IMG/VR virus record: IMGVR_UViG_3300025875_000009
Source of the DNA: an uncultured virus (IMG/VR IMGVR_UViG_3300025875_000009)
Lineage: Duplodnaviria; Heunggongvirae; Uroviricota; Caudoviricetes
Direction: 5' to 3' (one strand)
DNA length: 64,000 nt
Shown here: piece by piece, positions 1-10,790 of the stretch
Position numbering within the stretch: position 1 is the first letter of the stretch
Layout of the letters: each line of letters starts with the position of its first letter
Program-made: the position numbers and the translations under genes
Notes under the pieces: generated by a model
What the model saw: the letters and a program-made list of their open reading frames with translations, nothing else
What the model was told of the DNA's origin: nothing
The model's database searches: none

Positions 1-3000
1 GCCGACCCGAACGTCATCACCGGCAAGGAGAAGTCGGAGAGCCTGATCCCGCGCAGCAACGAGGCGCAGGCGTGGTACAACTCCCTGATCGAGGCGCGCA
101 ACGCGCTGACGGTTCGCCCGGCTGAGATCGAGACGAGCTTCTCCGCGCTGGTGCTCGCCCACAACCTCTACGCGCAGTTCCTGTCGGCCCTGCAGCCCGC
201 GTGGAGCGACGCGACGCAAACGACGATCGTCGAGCGCGAAGACCTGAACGCCATCTGGGAGGCGTACCAGCAGCACCTGGCGGAGTTCGACGCGCTGCTG
301 AAGGCGGCGTACGTCGACGGCGTGCCGGCGCCGGTGCTGGTCGGGCAGGTGAAGCGGGTCGACGAGTCGCTCTCCGCGCTGGCGCTCGCCGTGCCGGACG
401 CGATCGCGGAAGGAACTGCCAGTGCGGCGGCGAAGCGCGGCATCAAGGCGGACCTGCTCGGCAACGCCGGCGTGCTCCAGGAGCTTGAGGGCCGCGCCGC
501 GGCCGTGAACGTCAGCGCGGCGGCAGCGACCAACGCCTACGAGGCCTGGAACGACTATGTCGCGGGCCTGCCCGACTGGGCGGACGACACGAAGACGTCG
601 CCGGTCGATCCGGCCATCTACAAAGCGAAGAAGGATGCCTTCCTCGCCGCGGTGAGCGCGGTGAAGGTCGCGATCGACGCGGTCATCGCCGGCGGGCTGT
701 CGAGCGACTCTGCGTTCGCCTTCAACGCCTCCGCCAAACTCGTCGGCAATTCGGCGACGTGGCAGGGGGCAGCGGGCGACGTCGGCCTGGTCCGCTCGAC
801 CCAGAAGCTGGCCGGCGGCGCGCACGTGAAGGCGCAGCTGCTGCCGACGGGTGCCGTCTACATCGGCCTGTGCAGCGAGGCCGCGGCGACGTCGCTCGAC
901 CCGACCACGATCGAGTGGGGCTTTGCGCTGACGCGGCAGAGCGACGGCCACTTCGTCGTCTACGCGATCGCGAGCGGCGCGGTGGCGATCTGGAACAACG
1001 GCGAGCGCTTCGACGCCGGCGCGCTCGTCCAGGTCGACTATTTCGATGAGGCGGGCGCTGCGGGCGTGCTGCTTCGCGTGCTGACGTCGGCGGGTGTTCC
1101 AGTGACGACGCCAATCCCCGCAACGGCGGGCAAGGCGTATGTCGTGAAGGCGCTGCTGGTCGATGGCGGCTCGTTCAGCGGCCTGCGCGCCGAGGGCTCG
1201 ACGAAGGTGCCGTATGAAACGGGCGTTCTCGGCGGACCCCCGGTGAACGCCACCGCGGGCGCCAACATCGTCAACACCGTCCACACGGTGGGGGCGGACG
1301 GCCCGGACACGGAGGGTTATTTCACCTTCGAAGGCGCCGATCAGATCTATCTCGCCGGCAACGGCGTCGAGAAGATCCAGTGGGGCGGCGAGCCGTACCT
1401 CAAGATCACGGTCGACGCGAAGGACGACACCGGCAAGGGCGACGCGATCGTCGGCGTGCTGTGCGACCTCGCGGGCGGCAGCGGCGCCGGGCTCAAGGTC
1501 GACGTGCGGCAGGGCGGCGGCACGATCGCCTTCCCGCTCGGCACGGTCTCCTACACCGTCTACCAGGCCACGAATTTCACCAGCGGCTCGATCAAGATGA
1601 AGCGGGCGGTGGTCGTGCCGACGCAGGACGGCGCGGGCGCGGTTGCCGTGAACAACGACGGCATGGACATCACCACGTGGTTCGCGCTCATCCCGAGCGT
1701 GGCCTCCCGCGCTGCGTACGGCGAGTACGGCATGTACGCGCCCGGCGGCTCGGATAGCGGGCAGGTCGACATGCGCGACGGCGACAAGCTCGCGTGGCTC
1801 AGTGACCCGAGCCCGACGTTTCCCGAGGGTTTCTCGGACCTGCGCGGAGCGAAGTGGGTCTACCTCGACATGGCAGCGGCCCGTTCGACGCCGGGCGCTG
1901 GCGTTGGGTCGGTCCAGCTGCGCGTGCTGACGGCGACAGACAAAGCCGGGACGAGCTCGCGCACCGTGGCGAACTTCGAGCTCGACAAGGACAGCGACGC
2001 AACCAGGTCCGAATACGTCGCGGTCCCGGCAGGACAGACGTTCTACCGGATCGAGCTCGTGGCAAGCGTCAGCAGCGGGTTCTTCCGCGTGCCGTGGCCG
2101 CACATCTCGCTCCGCGCCGTCCGCGAGACCGACAACCAGACCGTCATCGACTTCATCGCGCCGGTCGCCGGACCAACGGGCGCCGACAACCCGCCGTCCT
2201 ATTACTTCAGCTACCGGAACCCCGCCGACCCGAGCCAGATCGTCCACTCGCTCAAGGAGACGATCAGCGCCAACGTGCTCGGCTTCGGGAGTTCGACCAC
2301 GACGGTGGAAGTGGAAACACGAATCACTCGGGATGGCGCGGGCGTCATCACTGGCGCTGGGCAGAGAGTGGTCGTCGGCGGCGTGACCTATATCCGCGAC
2401 TGGAACAAGCAGACGAGCTTCTATCCCGACGGGGAAAGCTGGGATCGCCTGTCGGCCGCCACGACCACCTATGGTCGCCGCAACTGGACGAAGCTGTTCG
2501 GCGACATGCCCGACGCGTTTCCTGCAACGACGAACATCCTGTCGGAGACCGGCACGCAGCTGAACGACAAGGCGATCGTCACTGGCGAGAACCTGTCCGC
2601 ATCGTCCACCCAGTTGCTGCCAAACTGGTCGTTCGAGCTTGCCGACGCTAATGGCCTTCCCGCAGGCATTCGTGGCCTGACTTTCATCCGCACGCCCGCC
2701 GATCGCGCGGCGACGATCAAGTTCAAGGACAACGTCCCTGGAACGCTGTGCCTCGCGGGCAACGGGGCTGGTTTCCCGGCATTCGCAGTGGACGAGCGCC
2801 TGATCTACACCTTCCGCGTCCGACATTCCCTGCGGGTGGCCAAGCCCTCGGGGATGCACATCGAGATCAACGAACTCGATCAGCCGCTGCCGTCCGGCAT
2901 CACCCATGTGGGCTTCGACGGCGAGCCGATGGTGGTTCCCCGGACATCCAACACCGTCCTCATGTTCGACGCCGCGCTCGGCACGGCGGCGGAAGATCGG

Positions 3001-4545
3001 GTTTTCACTTACACTCCACCTGCGGGTGTGAAGTATGCATCGTTCGCCTTCTTCAACGCCGCCGGCACAGACTACTTTTGCGAGAGCGTGCAGACGTCGG
3101 CAACGCTGAACCCCGCGCGTGTCGACGCGACGACGCTCCTGAAGGGGCCGACGCAGGCCGGGGCAGACAAGACCAATCTCAACATCGCTGCGGCGATTGT
3201 CGATCAGGGCGCGCTTGCGAAGAAGGACGCCGCCGATTTCACCACTCAGGTGATCGGCACGGGAAAGCCCGCTGCCTATGCGACAGCCGATCTGACGATG
3301 GTCGCGGTGAGAGGAGCGGCCCTCGTCGACATCGCCGGCAACCGCGTGACGCCGAAGACGGCGCGCGGGTTCGACAGTTGGGTCCGTGCTAGCTCGGCGC
3401 GCACAGGGCCTTGCCGCATCTCGGGCAAAGCTACAGCCGCTGCTGTCATCGGTCTGCATTCTTCGGCCAACCCCATTCGAGCCGAAGGTGCCGGAGACAT
3501 GTTCTTCGACATCAACTTCGGGCTGATCTATCTCAACGATCGGGTGCACATCTATGAGACGGGCACCCTCGTCGCCGAAGTGCTGTCTGGCGGCGTGGCG
3601 TCGTTCAATTCGAACACCAAGTTCGACGTCATCTATGATGGCCTGTCGGTCACCTATTGGGCGAACGACGTGCTTCTCTACACCAGCGCCAAGGTCATCG
3701 TTCCTGACCTGACGTTCTACGGCACGGTCCTGTGCGCCAACGGAGGCTTCGAGCAGATCACCTTCGTCGCGCACGGCGACGTAACCGCCGTCAGCGTGCC
3801 GACGATCAAGCCGGTGGGGACGGTGATGGTCGCGGCATCGGGCTCGGTGGCCGACGGTTACTCGCAGATCGCGACCACCTACGCCTACCCGTCTCGCTAC
3901 AAGGGGTCGGTCGATGTCCGCGCTGGCGCGGCGTGGTCGATCACCACCTCGGCCGGCATCACCGCCACGATCAACAACGATCCGGCGTCCGCCCAGCGCG
4001 GGCAGGTTGCCGTTACTGCGATGTCGGCGGCGATCGCTTATGTCTACGTGACGTCGACATACCTCGGGGTGCGACAGGTCGAAGTCATCACGTTCGTGAA
4101 GGCGTTTCCCACGCCGGGCGCGGGCGTGTTCACGGCCTGCCTGAACAGCCCGGTCGACGGCCGAGTCGATTACGCCCCGGTCACACCTGAGCTGCGCCAG
4201 CCCGCGTCCGGCTACGTCGTGCGAGCCTACTTCTCGATCCCGGCGCTCGAGGGCGGGTACGCTGATAACAGCACAGTGCCACTCGCGAAGCTCCAGCGCA
4301 CCAACACCAGCAACTCCGGCCTGGGAAGCGGGTGGTTTGACGCGGACACGATCCCGTCACCCAGTGACGCGGCGGCAAACTACTACGCGTCGGGCAACAG
4401 GGTGCAGCGAGCGGCAACCTTCAGCTTTATCACCGGCTACCGCACGTTCAGCTCCACCGACCTCTGGCGCATCGTCGCCCGCTCCCCGAACGGCACCACC
4501 GCGCTTGGCGTGCCCACCGGCATCCTGACCATCTCGCCGACATGA
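1..4545 (+). CDS. Large tail fibre / host-specificity protein, 5'-truncated by the window edge
   Basis: Frame +1 is open from base 1 into ORF 151..4545 (>1500 aa). Ala-rich helical N-part followed by Gly/Thr/Val-rich beta-type modules; last large gene of a plus-strand structural block. Confidence 0.7.
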   Translation, partial: ADPNVITGKEKSESLIPRSNEAQAWYNSLIEARNALTVRPAEIETSFSALVLAHNLYAQFLSALQPAWSDATQTTIVEREDLNAIWEAYQQHLAEFDALLKAAYVDGVPAPVLVGQVKRVDESLSALALAVPDAIAEGTASAAAKRGIKADLLGNAGVLQELEGRAAAVNVSAAAATNAYEAWNDYVAGLPDWADDTKTSPVDPAIYKAKKDAFLAAVSAVKVAIDAVIAGGLSSDSAFAFNASAKLVGNSATWQGAAGDVGLVRSTQKLAGGAHVKAQLLPTGAVYIGLCSEAAATSLDPTTIEWGFALTRQSDGHFVVYAIASGAVAIWNNGERFDAGALVQVDYFDEAGAAGVLLRVLTSAGVPVTTPIPATAGKAYVVKALLVDGGSFSGLRAEGSTKVPYETGVLGGPPVNATAGANIVNTVHTVGADGPDTEGYFTFEGADQIYLAGNGVEKIQWGGEPYLKITVDAKDDTGKGDAIVGVLCDLAGGSGAGLKVDVRQGGGTIAFPLGTVSYTVYQATNFTSGSIKMKRAVVVPTQDGAGAVAVNNDGMDITTWFALIPSVASRAAYGEYGMYAPGGSDSGQVDMRDGDKLAWLSDPSPTFPEGFSDLRGAKWVYLDMAAARSTPGAGVGSVQLRVLTATDKAGTSSRTVANFELDKDSDATRSEYVAVPAGQTFYRIELVASVSSGFFRVPWPHISLRAVRETDNQTVIDFIAPVAGPTGADNPPSYYFSYRNPADPSQIVHSLKETISANVLGFGSSTTTVEVETRITRDGAGVITGAGQRVVVGGVTYIRDWNKQTSFYPDGESWDRLSAATTTYGRRNWTKLFGDMPDAFPATTNILSETGTQLNDKAIVTGENLSASSTQLLPNWSFELADANGLPAGIRGLTFIRTPADRAATIKFKDNVPGTLCLAGNGAGFPAFAVDERLIYTFRVRHSLRVAKPSGMHIEINELDQPLPSGITHVGFDGEPMVVPRTSNTVLMFDAALGTAAEDRVFTYTPPAGVKYASFAFFNAAGTDYFCESVQTSATLNPARVDATTLLKGPTQAGADKTNLNIAAAIVDQGALAKKDAADFTTQVIGTGKPAAYATADLTMVAVRGAALVDIAGNRVTPKTARGFDSWVRASSARTGPCRISGKATAAAVIGLHSSANPIRAEGAGDMFFDINFGLIYLNDRVHIYETGTLVAEVLSGGVASFNSNTKFDVIYDGLSVTYWANDVLLYTSAKVIVPDLTFYGTVLCANGGFEQITFVAHGDVTAVSVPTIKPVGTVMVAASGSVADGYSQIATTYAYPSRYKGSVDVRAGAAWSITTSAGITATINNDPASAQRGQVAVTAMSAAIAYVYVTSTYLGVRQVEVITFVKAFPTPGAGVFTACLNSPVDGRVDYAPVTPELRQPASGYVVRAYFSIPALEGGYADNSTVPLAKLQRTNTSNSGLGSGWFDADTIPSPSDAAANYYASGNRVQRAATFSFITGYRTFSSTDLWRIVARSPNGTTALGVPTGILTISPT

Positions 4546-4552
4546 GGATGAC

Positions 4553-5095
4553 ATGACACCGGTTTTTGCAGTGCTTCTGGCGGACGGGACAACCGCGCGC
4601 CGCTTCAGCGAGCCTGACGGCTCGCCGCCATTTCCCAACGCGGGCGAGGCGATCGTCGACACGCTTGAGCTGCCCGACGACTTGCCGCCCTACGCGCGCG
4701 TCGACTGGGCAGCCCGCACGATCCTGACCGGCCCGCAGGAGGCGGAGGCGTGGCTCGTCGCGCAGGTCGACACCCGCCGCGCCGGCGCCAACGCGGCCGA
4801 GCTGGGCACCGACCTTGCCAAGCAGTGGGAGTACCAGCGCAAGGGGGCCGAAGCACTGAGCGACATCGGCCCGTGGCTCTGGCTCCAGCGCGAGGCCGAG
4901 GAGAAGGGCGTCACGATCGAGGACGTGCGGCTCGGCGTGCTCGAGGCCATGGACGCGAGCGAGCGTCACATGAGCGGCGTCGCCGCCGTGGCAGTCGCGG
5001 GGAAGGTCGCGATCCGTGCGGCCGAGACGGTCGCCGACAAGCAAGCCGCATTCGACGCGATCCAGTGGCCGAAGAAGGAGCCGAACGATGCCTGA
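4553..5095 (+). CDS. Putative tail-fibre assembly/accessory protein
   Basis: GAGG SD before ATG; directly follows tail gene; C-terminus 'IRAAETVADKQAAFDAIQWP' resembles tail-fibre chaperone ends. Confidence 0.5.
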   Translation: MTPVFAVLLADGTTARRFSEPDGSPPFPNAGEAIVDTLELPDDLPPYARVDWAARTILTGPQEAEAWLVAQVDTRRAGANAAELGTDLAKQWEYQRKGAEALSDIGPWLWLQREAEEKGVTIEDVRLGVLEAMDASERHMSGVAAVAVAGKVAIRAAETVADKQAAFDAIQWPKKEPNDA

Positions 5096-5513
5096 AGAAC
5101 ATACTTTCATCCACGGGCTCGGCACCGACCAGCGGGAGGCGCTTCTCTCGCTCCGCGCCTCCCGCCGCGAGGCTGTGCCGGAAGCCCTGCGCGACCAGAT
5201 CGACAGCTTTATCGTGTCCGCCGAGGGCTTCGAGGCGACGCGCGGCCTCGCTCTGGCGATCTACCACGCCGGTGCCGCCGTCGGCCCTGAGCTGATGGCG
5301 ATTGGCGCGGGCATGTTCGAGTGGATGTGGCACTACGGGTTCGGCGACATCGGCAAACCGCGCGGGGACACGAGCGCCGTCGCCTTCCGCATGGCGCAGG
5401 CACTGAAGCGCGACGCCGGCATGCCCGCACCGGCAAGTGGGTGGCCCGCGATCGAGCAAGATCCTCAACGCGGTGAGGTCGAGCCCGCACCGCTCGTCAT
5501 GCCTTCAACATAA
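5088..5513 (+). CDS. Hypothetical protein (MPEEHTFIHG...)
   Basis: AAGGAG SD before ATG 5088; ends at the terminator. Confidence 0.6.
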   Translation: MPEEHTFIHGLGTDQREALLSLRASRREAVPEALRDQIDSFIVSAEGFEATRGLALAIYHAGAAVGPELMAIGAGMFEWMWHYGFGDIGKPRGDTSAVAFRMAQALKRDAGMPAPASGWPAIEQDPQRGEVEPAPLVMPST

Positions 5514-5540
5514 AGGGCGCCCCACGGGGCGCCCTTCTTG
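5513..5540. terminator. Intrinsic terminator between convergent genes, probably bidirectional
   Basis: AAGGGCGCCCC-AC-GGGGCGCCCTT inverted repeat (5513-5536) followed by CTTG; lies between stops at 5513 (+) and 5543 (-). Confidence 0.8.
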
Positions 5541-5542
5541 TA

Positions 5543-6136
5543 TCAGCCGAGCTTCGTTTCGGGAGTCCATCGCCGGACCATTTCGCCGGCCCGCCCGGAA
5601 TGCGGCCGATTGTCGTCGAGGTTGCCAGTCTCGCGCGCGTCCAGCACGATTGCCGCACAGGCCATAGCGTGGCCGAGGTGATGCACGCCGCTCGTCGGAT
5701 CGATGTCCTCGCCATCAAGATATTGCAGCAGGTGCCGCATCGCCGCCGCAACGTACACGCGCCCCAGCACGGCGTTGTCGCGCCAGTTGAATGGGCCGTA
5801 CTTGTGCGCGCCGTCCATCATCGCCGAGGCAAGGTGCAGCATCGCCGAGGGCGGCACGACCGACATATCCGGCTTGGCGAGGCCGAGCGCATCCTTGGGA
5901 TTGATGCCGCGGCCGGTTGTCAGCGGCACGGCGATCGTGTCAGCCGGTGCGGTATAGTCGTGGAGGAAGCCGCCCTCCTTGAAACCACGCGCGGTCAGCC
6001 CGCCGAGCCAGCGCCGGAGGCGTGGGAAAATTCCCAGCTTCTCCTGCATGCCGACGATTTCAATCGGCTGCGGCACAGGGATGCCTCGCGCTGTCAACGA
6101 CAGCTCGGCCTCTTTGCCAAGAAAGTGATGAGTCAT
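5543..6136 (-). CDS. dATP/dGTP diphosphohydrolase-domain protein (DUF5664-like)
   Basis: Motifs [47 protein letters not shown]. Confidence 0.8.
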   Translation of the reverse strand: MTHHFLGKEAELSLTARGIPVPQPIEIVGMQEKLGIFPRLRRWLGGLTARGFKEGGFLHDYTAPADTIAVPLTTGRGINPKDALGLAKPDMSVVPPSAMLHLASAMMDGAHKYGPFNWRDNAVLGRVYVAAAMRHLLQYLDGEDIDPTSGVHHLGHAMACAAIVLDARETGNLDDNRPHSGRAGEMVRRWTPETKLG

Positions 6137-7092
6137 ACGGAAACCTCTGCCTTGATCGTGTCGTGGGGAACGTAGCCGAGGAACGACACATCCTCAGTAC
6201 GCAAGTCGAAGATGCCCTTGTCGGCGATCTGGACCGTGGGGAACGGCGTCGGCGTGCGCGACAGCTGCGTCTTCGCCTGCTCGACGTGGTTGGCGTAGAG
6301 GTGCAGGTCACCGAACGTGTGAACGAACTCGCCCACGCCCAGCCCGACCTCGCGCGCGATCAGGTGCGTCAGCAGCGCATAGCTCGCGATGTTGAACGGC
6401 ACACCGAGAAAGATGTCAGCCGACCGCTGGTACAGCTGACACGACAGCAGCCCGTCCTCGACATAGAACTGGAACAGGCAGTGGCAGGGGCGCAGCGCCA
6501 TGTCGTGGATCTCGGCCGGGTTCCAAGCTGTCACGATGTGACCGCGGTCGTTCGGCTTCTCGCGCAGCGTGGCGATGACCTCGCTGATCTGATCGATCTG
6601 CGCGATCGTCGACGGGTCTTTCGACAGGTGGCGACGCCACTGCGCGCCGTAGACCGGCCCCAGCGCGCCATCCGGCCCGGCCCATTCGTCCCAGATGCGC
6701 ACGCCCTGCGCGCGCAGCGTCTCGACGTTGGTGTCGCCGGCCAGCATCCACAGCAGCTCGGCAACCATCGACTTGGTATGGATCTTCTTCGTCGTCAGCA
6801 GCGGGAAGCCCTTGCCGAGGTCGAACCGAATCTGCCGTCCGAACACGCTGAACGTACCGGTGCCGGTGCGATCCTCGCGTGGCATCGGGTCGTTCTCGTG
6901 CTTGGCGATCAGCTCGGCCAGCAGCGACAGATACTGCAGCTCACCGTGATAGGGCGTGCCGGGGTTGCGCAGCATAGTGACGTGGACGGGCAGCTCGCTG
7001 CTGCCGCCGATCACCTGCACGCTCCCGCCCTGCGGGTCGATGATCGTCGTGCCGTGGCCGACGATCAGCTCGTACTTCTGGGTCATGTCCAT
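6133..7092 (-). CDS. thyA: Thymidylate synthase
   Basis: [25 protein letters not shown], catalytic [35 protein letters not shown] coupling with upstream gene. Confidence 0.95.
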   Translation of the reverse strand: MDMTQKYELIVGHGTTIIDPQGGSVQVIGGSSELPVHVTMLRNPGTPYHGELQYLSLLAELIAKHENDPMPREDRTGTGTFSVFGRQIRFDLGKGFPLLTTKKIHTKSMVAELLWMLAGDTNVETLRAQGVRIWDEWAGPDGALGPVYGAQWRRHLSKDPSTIAQIDQISEVIATLREKPNDRGHIVTAWNPAEIHDMALRPCHCLFQFYVEDGLLSCQLYQRSADIFLGVPFNIASYALLTHLIAREVGLGVGEFVHTFGDLHLYANHVEQAKTQLSRTPTPFPTVQIADKGIFDLRTEDVSFLGYVPHDTIKAEVSV

Positions 7093-7514
7093 CAGAAAGC
7101 CTCCGGCTTGAAATAGTTGGCGCGGGCCGGCACCGGCCGGCGCAGCGGGATGAGGTAGAGAATCAGCCACTGACCGTCGCGGCCGGTCGCCATCGTGTGC
7201 GTGCCGGCCTCGTAGGCGGCGCGCGCTTCGGCGACCGCGGGGGCGTCGTTATCCCAGCCGCGCTCGCTCGCACGCCGGGTGGCGATGGCGTAACGCTCCA
7301 GCTCCGGGCGACCGCGGCCCTCAAAGCGTTCCTCGAACTGGTCGTCCTTGTGCTTGTCGATGATCGCCCACGCATCCGCGGGCGCGATCCCTACCGCCTT
7401 CGCCGCCTTGAATGGCGAGCGCGTGCGACGGTACTGGACCATCAGTTCTTTCTCAATCTCGGGGGTGATAACGGTCACGTCTTGCAACTCCAAAAGGTGC
7501 GTCCTGAAAAGCAC
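7092..7514 (-). CDS. Hypothetical protein, possible N-terminal HTH
   Basis: 140-aa ORF coupled to thyA; '[20 protein letters not shown]' is HTH-like. Confidence 0.55.
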   Translation of the reverse strand: MLFRTHLLELQDVTVITPEIEKELMVQYRRTRSPFKAAKAVGIAPADAWAIIDKHKDDQFEERFEGRGRPELERYAIATRRASERGWDNDAPAVAEARAAYEAGTHTMATGRDGQWLILYLIPLRRPVPARANYFKPEAF

Positions 7515-7549
7515 ACCCGTGTGATTTCAGGGTAATGGGAAGAGAGAAG

Positions 7550-9523
7550 TTACCCGGCAACTTCTCCTAGTTCCTGTGGATTATCAAGGTCGATCACCAA
7601 GTCCGCCACGTCGACCGCGCGGTGGGTGATGAGGATGATCTGGGACAGCCGGGCCTTGAGCCGCTGGAGCGCCAGCTTCGTCGCCGATCGGCGCTGCTCG
7701 TCGGCGTCGCTGTCGATCTCATCGCCGAGGAACACGGGGAAAGCATCGGCGACCAGAGCCTGGCCGAGCGCGATGCGCAGCGCCAGATTGGCGACCGTCT
7801 CGCCCGCGCCCGACAGCGTCTCGATCCGCTGCCCATCGACGGTGATCTCCATGTCGTCGTCCACGACCACACTCGACAGCTCGCCCGCGCTCATGTCGTA
7901 GATCAGCGACGAGGCGATGCGCGACAGCATCGGCGCGAGGTGCGCCTTGAAGGTGGCACGGGCCTCGCCCAGCCGCGTGCTGCCCTCACGATACGCCTCG
8001 GCGCGCCGCTGGTTCTCCGCGATCGCTGCGGTGTCGGCGGCATGCTTCACGACGTCGGCGTCGTACCGCTCGATCGCCGCCTCGTAGATCTTGGCGTGCG
8101 TCAGCCGCTCCTGCAACTCGTCGAGCTGGTCATCGGCCATTGGCTTGCCGTTGACCCCGATCCACGCCTCCAGCTTCTCGCGCGCGGCGCGGGCGCGCTC
8201 GACAGCGGCATCAAAGGCCTCGCTCTGCGCGTCGAACCGCGACCACGCCGCGTGCGCGGTGCGCAGCCCGTCGAGGTCATGGACCTGCACAGGGTTGCCC
8301 AGCAGCTTGATCTCGGCCTCGGCATCGACCGCAGCGTTGTAGGCGGCGAGGCGCTGGCGCGCGTGGCGTGCGCCGCCGGGGGCGAGCGAGCCGGCTGCGT
8401 CATCCGGGGCGGGCGGCAACGGCGTGGCCCAGTTCTCGATCGCGCGATGCTCAGCCATCAGTGCCGCCCGGCTGACCGCCGGCTCGGTCGGTACGTCGCC
8501 ACCGACGCGGAACTTGGTGCCGCACGAAGGGCATTCGGCCTGCTCGTCGCTCATGCGCTGGCGCAGGTCGATCTCCTCCCATACGCCGCGGACCGCCTCG
8601 ATCTCTTCGCGGGTCATGGTCGGCTGCGGCCCGCGCGCGTCGCGTAGCTGCTCCCACTCGTACCGCGCTTCGGCCATCGCGATCAGGCCTTCGCTGTCCA
8701 CGGCGTCCTTCGGTGCGGCGTCGATGATCTTCTGGAGCCGGGCGCGCTCGCGCGCGGTAGCGTCGGCGTTCGCCTGCACCGTGACCGCCTCATCGACCTG
8801 CGCGCGGCTCACACGCGCGCCCTCCGGCCGCCGCGGCGCGGTAACCTGCTGGACGGTGTCGTTCTCCCTCCGGTCATGCTCGACACGCAGCTGGCGCGCG
8901 CGCGTGAGCGTCGTGGCGATGTCGGTCGACAGGGCGTAGCCCTCGGGCTTTACCGGCTCGACCGGCGCGCGCAGCGCGGAGGTCAGCCCCTCGGCCACTC
9001 CCTTGAATTTCTTCGCTTCGTCGCGGCACGCCTTCTCGATCGTCTCGTAGGTGGCGAGGCCGACGACCTTGTCGATCAGCTGCTTGCGCTCGCTGGCGCG
9101 CAGCTGGCCCAGCTTGTCGGTTTGCTTCTGGACAGCGGCATTGGCGAGGTCGAACACGTCGAGGCCATAGCCCAGCAGCTCGATCACCTTGGCCGTCACC
9201 GCGTCCGCGCCGACCGCCTCGACGACGCCAGTGGTGAGGTCGGTCAGCTGCTCGCGTCGTGGCGTGCGCTTGATGTGAACCCGCTTGCCGCCGAGCCGGA
9301 AGGTGCCCTCGGCATGGAAGTCGCTGTAGTCGGCGGCCATGCCGCGCAGGGCCTTCTTGCCAAACAGCAGGTAGCGCGGCGTCTCGACCGCCAGCAGGCT
9401 TTTGCCGCTGCCGTTCCGCCCGATGACGGCGGTGATGCCTGGTGGAGGCGAAAGCTCGCCCGAGAAGGACCAGCTCTTGATAGGGGTGACGAACGTGGCC
9501 GTCGCTTTGATGTGCTCGATCAT
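7550..9523 (-). CDS. SbcC/Rad50-like ATPase subunit of recombination nuclease
   Basis: Walker A GRNGSGKS, coiled coil with CPSCG zinc hook, signature LSGAGE, Walker B FLGDEID, IILITH. Confidence 0.9.
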   Translation of the reverse strand: MIEHIKATATFVTPIKSWSFSGELSPPPGITAVIGRNGSGKSLLAVETPRYLLFGKKALRGMAADYSDFHAEGTFRLGGKRVHIKRTPRREQLTDLTTGVVEAVGADAVTAKVIELLGYGLDVFDLANAAVQKQTDKLGQLRASERKQLIDKVVGLATYETIEKACRDEAKKFKGVAEGLTSALRAPVEPVKPEGYALSTDIATTLTRARQLRVEHDRRENDTVQQVTAPRRPEGARVSRAQVDEAVTVQANADATARERARLQKIIDAAPKDAVDSEGLIAMAEARYEWEQLRDARGPQPTMTREEIEAVRGVWEEIDLRQRMSDEQAECPSCGTKFRVGGDVPTEPAVSRAALMAEHRAIENWATPLPPAPDDAAGSLAPGGARHARQRLAAYNAAVDAEAEIKLLGNPVQVHDLDGLRTAHAAWSRFDAQSEAFDAAVERARAAREKLEAWIGVNGKPMADDQLDELQERLTHAKIYEAAIERYDADVVKHAADTAAIAENQRRAEAYREGSTRLGEARATFKAHLAPMLSRIASSLIYDMSAGELSSVVVDDDMEITVDGQRIETLSGAGETVANLALRIALGQALVADAFPVFLGDEIDSDADEQRRSATKLALQRLKARLSQIILITHRAVDVADLVIDLDNPQELGEVAG

Positions 9524-9561
9524 GGGGATGTCGTACTCCTATTCTTCTTTATAGGTGTGCG

Positions 9562-9594
9562 TTTTTATCAAGTTACCGGGTAACTTGATAAAAA
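9562..9594. promoter_or_regulatory. Perfect 33-bp palindrome between divergent SbcC-like and endolysin genes
   Basis: TTTTTATCAAGTTACC-G-GGTAACTTGATAAAAA; near-identical copy at 22050-22082. Confidence 0.75.
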
Positions 9595-9614
9595 TACATG
9601 TAGTAGGATCTGAT

Positions 9615-10205
9615 ATGTGGACGCCTGAGCAGTTCATCGCCAACTTCAAGCAGCGGTGGGAAGGCGGCATGAGCCGCGACCCCAACGACGCCGGCAACTG
9701 GTCGGGCGCGAAAAAGGGTGTCGGCACCCTCGTCGGGTCCAACCACGGCATCACCGGCGCAGTGCTGGCTAAGTCGCGCGGCAAGCCCGTGACCATGAAG
9801 GACATGGAGGCGCTGACACCGGCTGAGGCTGGCCGCATCGCCCTCCAGATGTTCTACAAGGACGTCGGCCTCGACAAGCTGCCGTGGAACCGCGTCACCG
9901 CCTCTGTCATGGACTTTGGCTACAACGCCGGCCCGCTCCGCAGCATCAAGCTGTTGCAGGACATCCTCGACGTCAGCATGGACGGTCAGATCGGACTGGG
10001 CACGACCGGCGCGTACAAGGCGCGCCTCGCGCGCGTCGGCGAGCAGGTCATGGCTGGCGCGTTCTGGGCGATGCGCGAGGAATATTACGAGGATCTGGTC
10101 GCCGCGCGCCCGAGCGACGGCATCTACCTCAAGGGCTGGGACAACCGCTCGGACTATTACTTGCCCGGTCACCCGGAGGGCTGGTGGAACAAGTTCGGCG
10201 CGTGA
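9615..10205 (+). CDS. Endolysin, glycoside hydrolase family 108 with peptidoglycan-binding domain
   Basis: EGG..DP.D.G...GIT, DFGYNAG, LLQ..L.V..DG.IG..T, YLKGW.NR; AGGA SD before ATG 9615. Confidence 0.85.
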   Translation: MWTPEQFIANFKQRWEGGMSRDPNDAGNWSGAKKGVGTLVGSNHGITGAVLAKSRGKPVTMKDMEALTPAEAGRIALQMFYKDVGLDKLPWNRVTASVMDFGYNAGPLRSIKLLQDILDVSMDGQIGLGTTGAYKARLARVGEQVMAGAFWAMREEYYEDLVAARPSDGIYLKGWDNRSDYYLPGHPEGWWNKFGA

Positions 10206-10387
10206 CCGACCAACAGCTCCTCGTCACCCTGAACATCATCCGCTCGGTGATCCTGATCGCCGCGATTGTCGGCGCGGTGTCGTACCGTCACATTGACCGT
10301 CGAATCGTCATCTGTGTTGCTGCGCTTGTGCTTGTGCTCAACCTGTGCGGGCTGGCGATCGCCACCTTTTTGGTGAACCATGCCTGA
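10202..10387 (+). CDS. Small two-TM membrane protein (holin/antiholin candidate)
   Basis: GTGA overlap with endolysin stop; 61 aa with two hydrophobic stretches. Confidence 0.55.
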   Translation: MTDQQLLVTLNIIRSVILIAAIVGAVSYRHIDRRIVICVAALVLVLNLCGLAIATFLVNHA

Positions 10388-10790
10388 CAACTTCCTGACC
10401 AACGCCAGCCACGGGCGCTACCGCTGGACCATCATCGCCTTCGCGCTCGCCGGGCTGCTCATCAGCGCCCTCGTGGTGTGGCAGCTGTACGAGATGACCC
10501 CGGCGCGCTGGTGCGTGCTGGCCAAGCAGGGATCGCCCGAGTTGGCGACCGGCTGCTTCAACGTCCTGCTCAAGCTGCTGGACATCAAGGACCATGCCCT
10601 GATGATGCTCATCGGCGTGCTGGCCCTGACCATCATCGCCGTCGTCGCGGTGGCCCTTGGTGTGCGCATTTCCGGTGCTGCACCCGGTGGTTTCAGCGTT
10701 GATGTCGGCGCGGACAAGACCACGGTCGCGGCCGACGGCGGACAGGCCACGATCGACACCCCTCCTACTGCCCGAGAGGCTGAACAATGA
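10380..10790 (+). CDS. Two-TM membrane protein (holin candidate)
   Basis: Hydrophobic segments WTIIAFALAGLLISALVVW and LMMLIGVLALTIIAVVAVALGV; inside lysis cassette. Confidence 0.55.
   Translation: MPDNFLTNASHGRYRWTIIAFALAGLLISALVVWQLYEMTPARWCVLAKQGSPELATGCFNVLLKLLDIKDHALMMLIGVLALTIIAVVAVALGVRISGAAPGGFSVDVGADKTTVAADGGQATIDTPPTAREAEQ

Noticed and set aside
6133..7092. ThyA as a dCMP/dUMP hydroxymethylase
   Set aside because: Canonical thymidylate synthase motifs, including the dUMP-specifying Asn, are intact.
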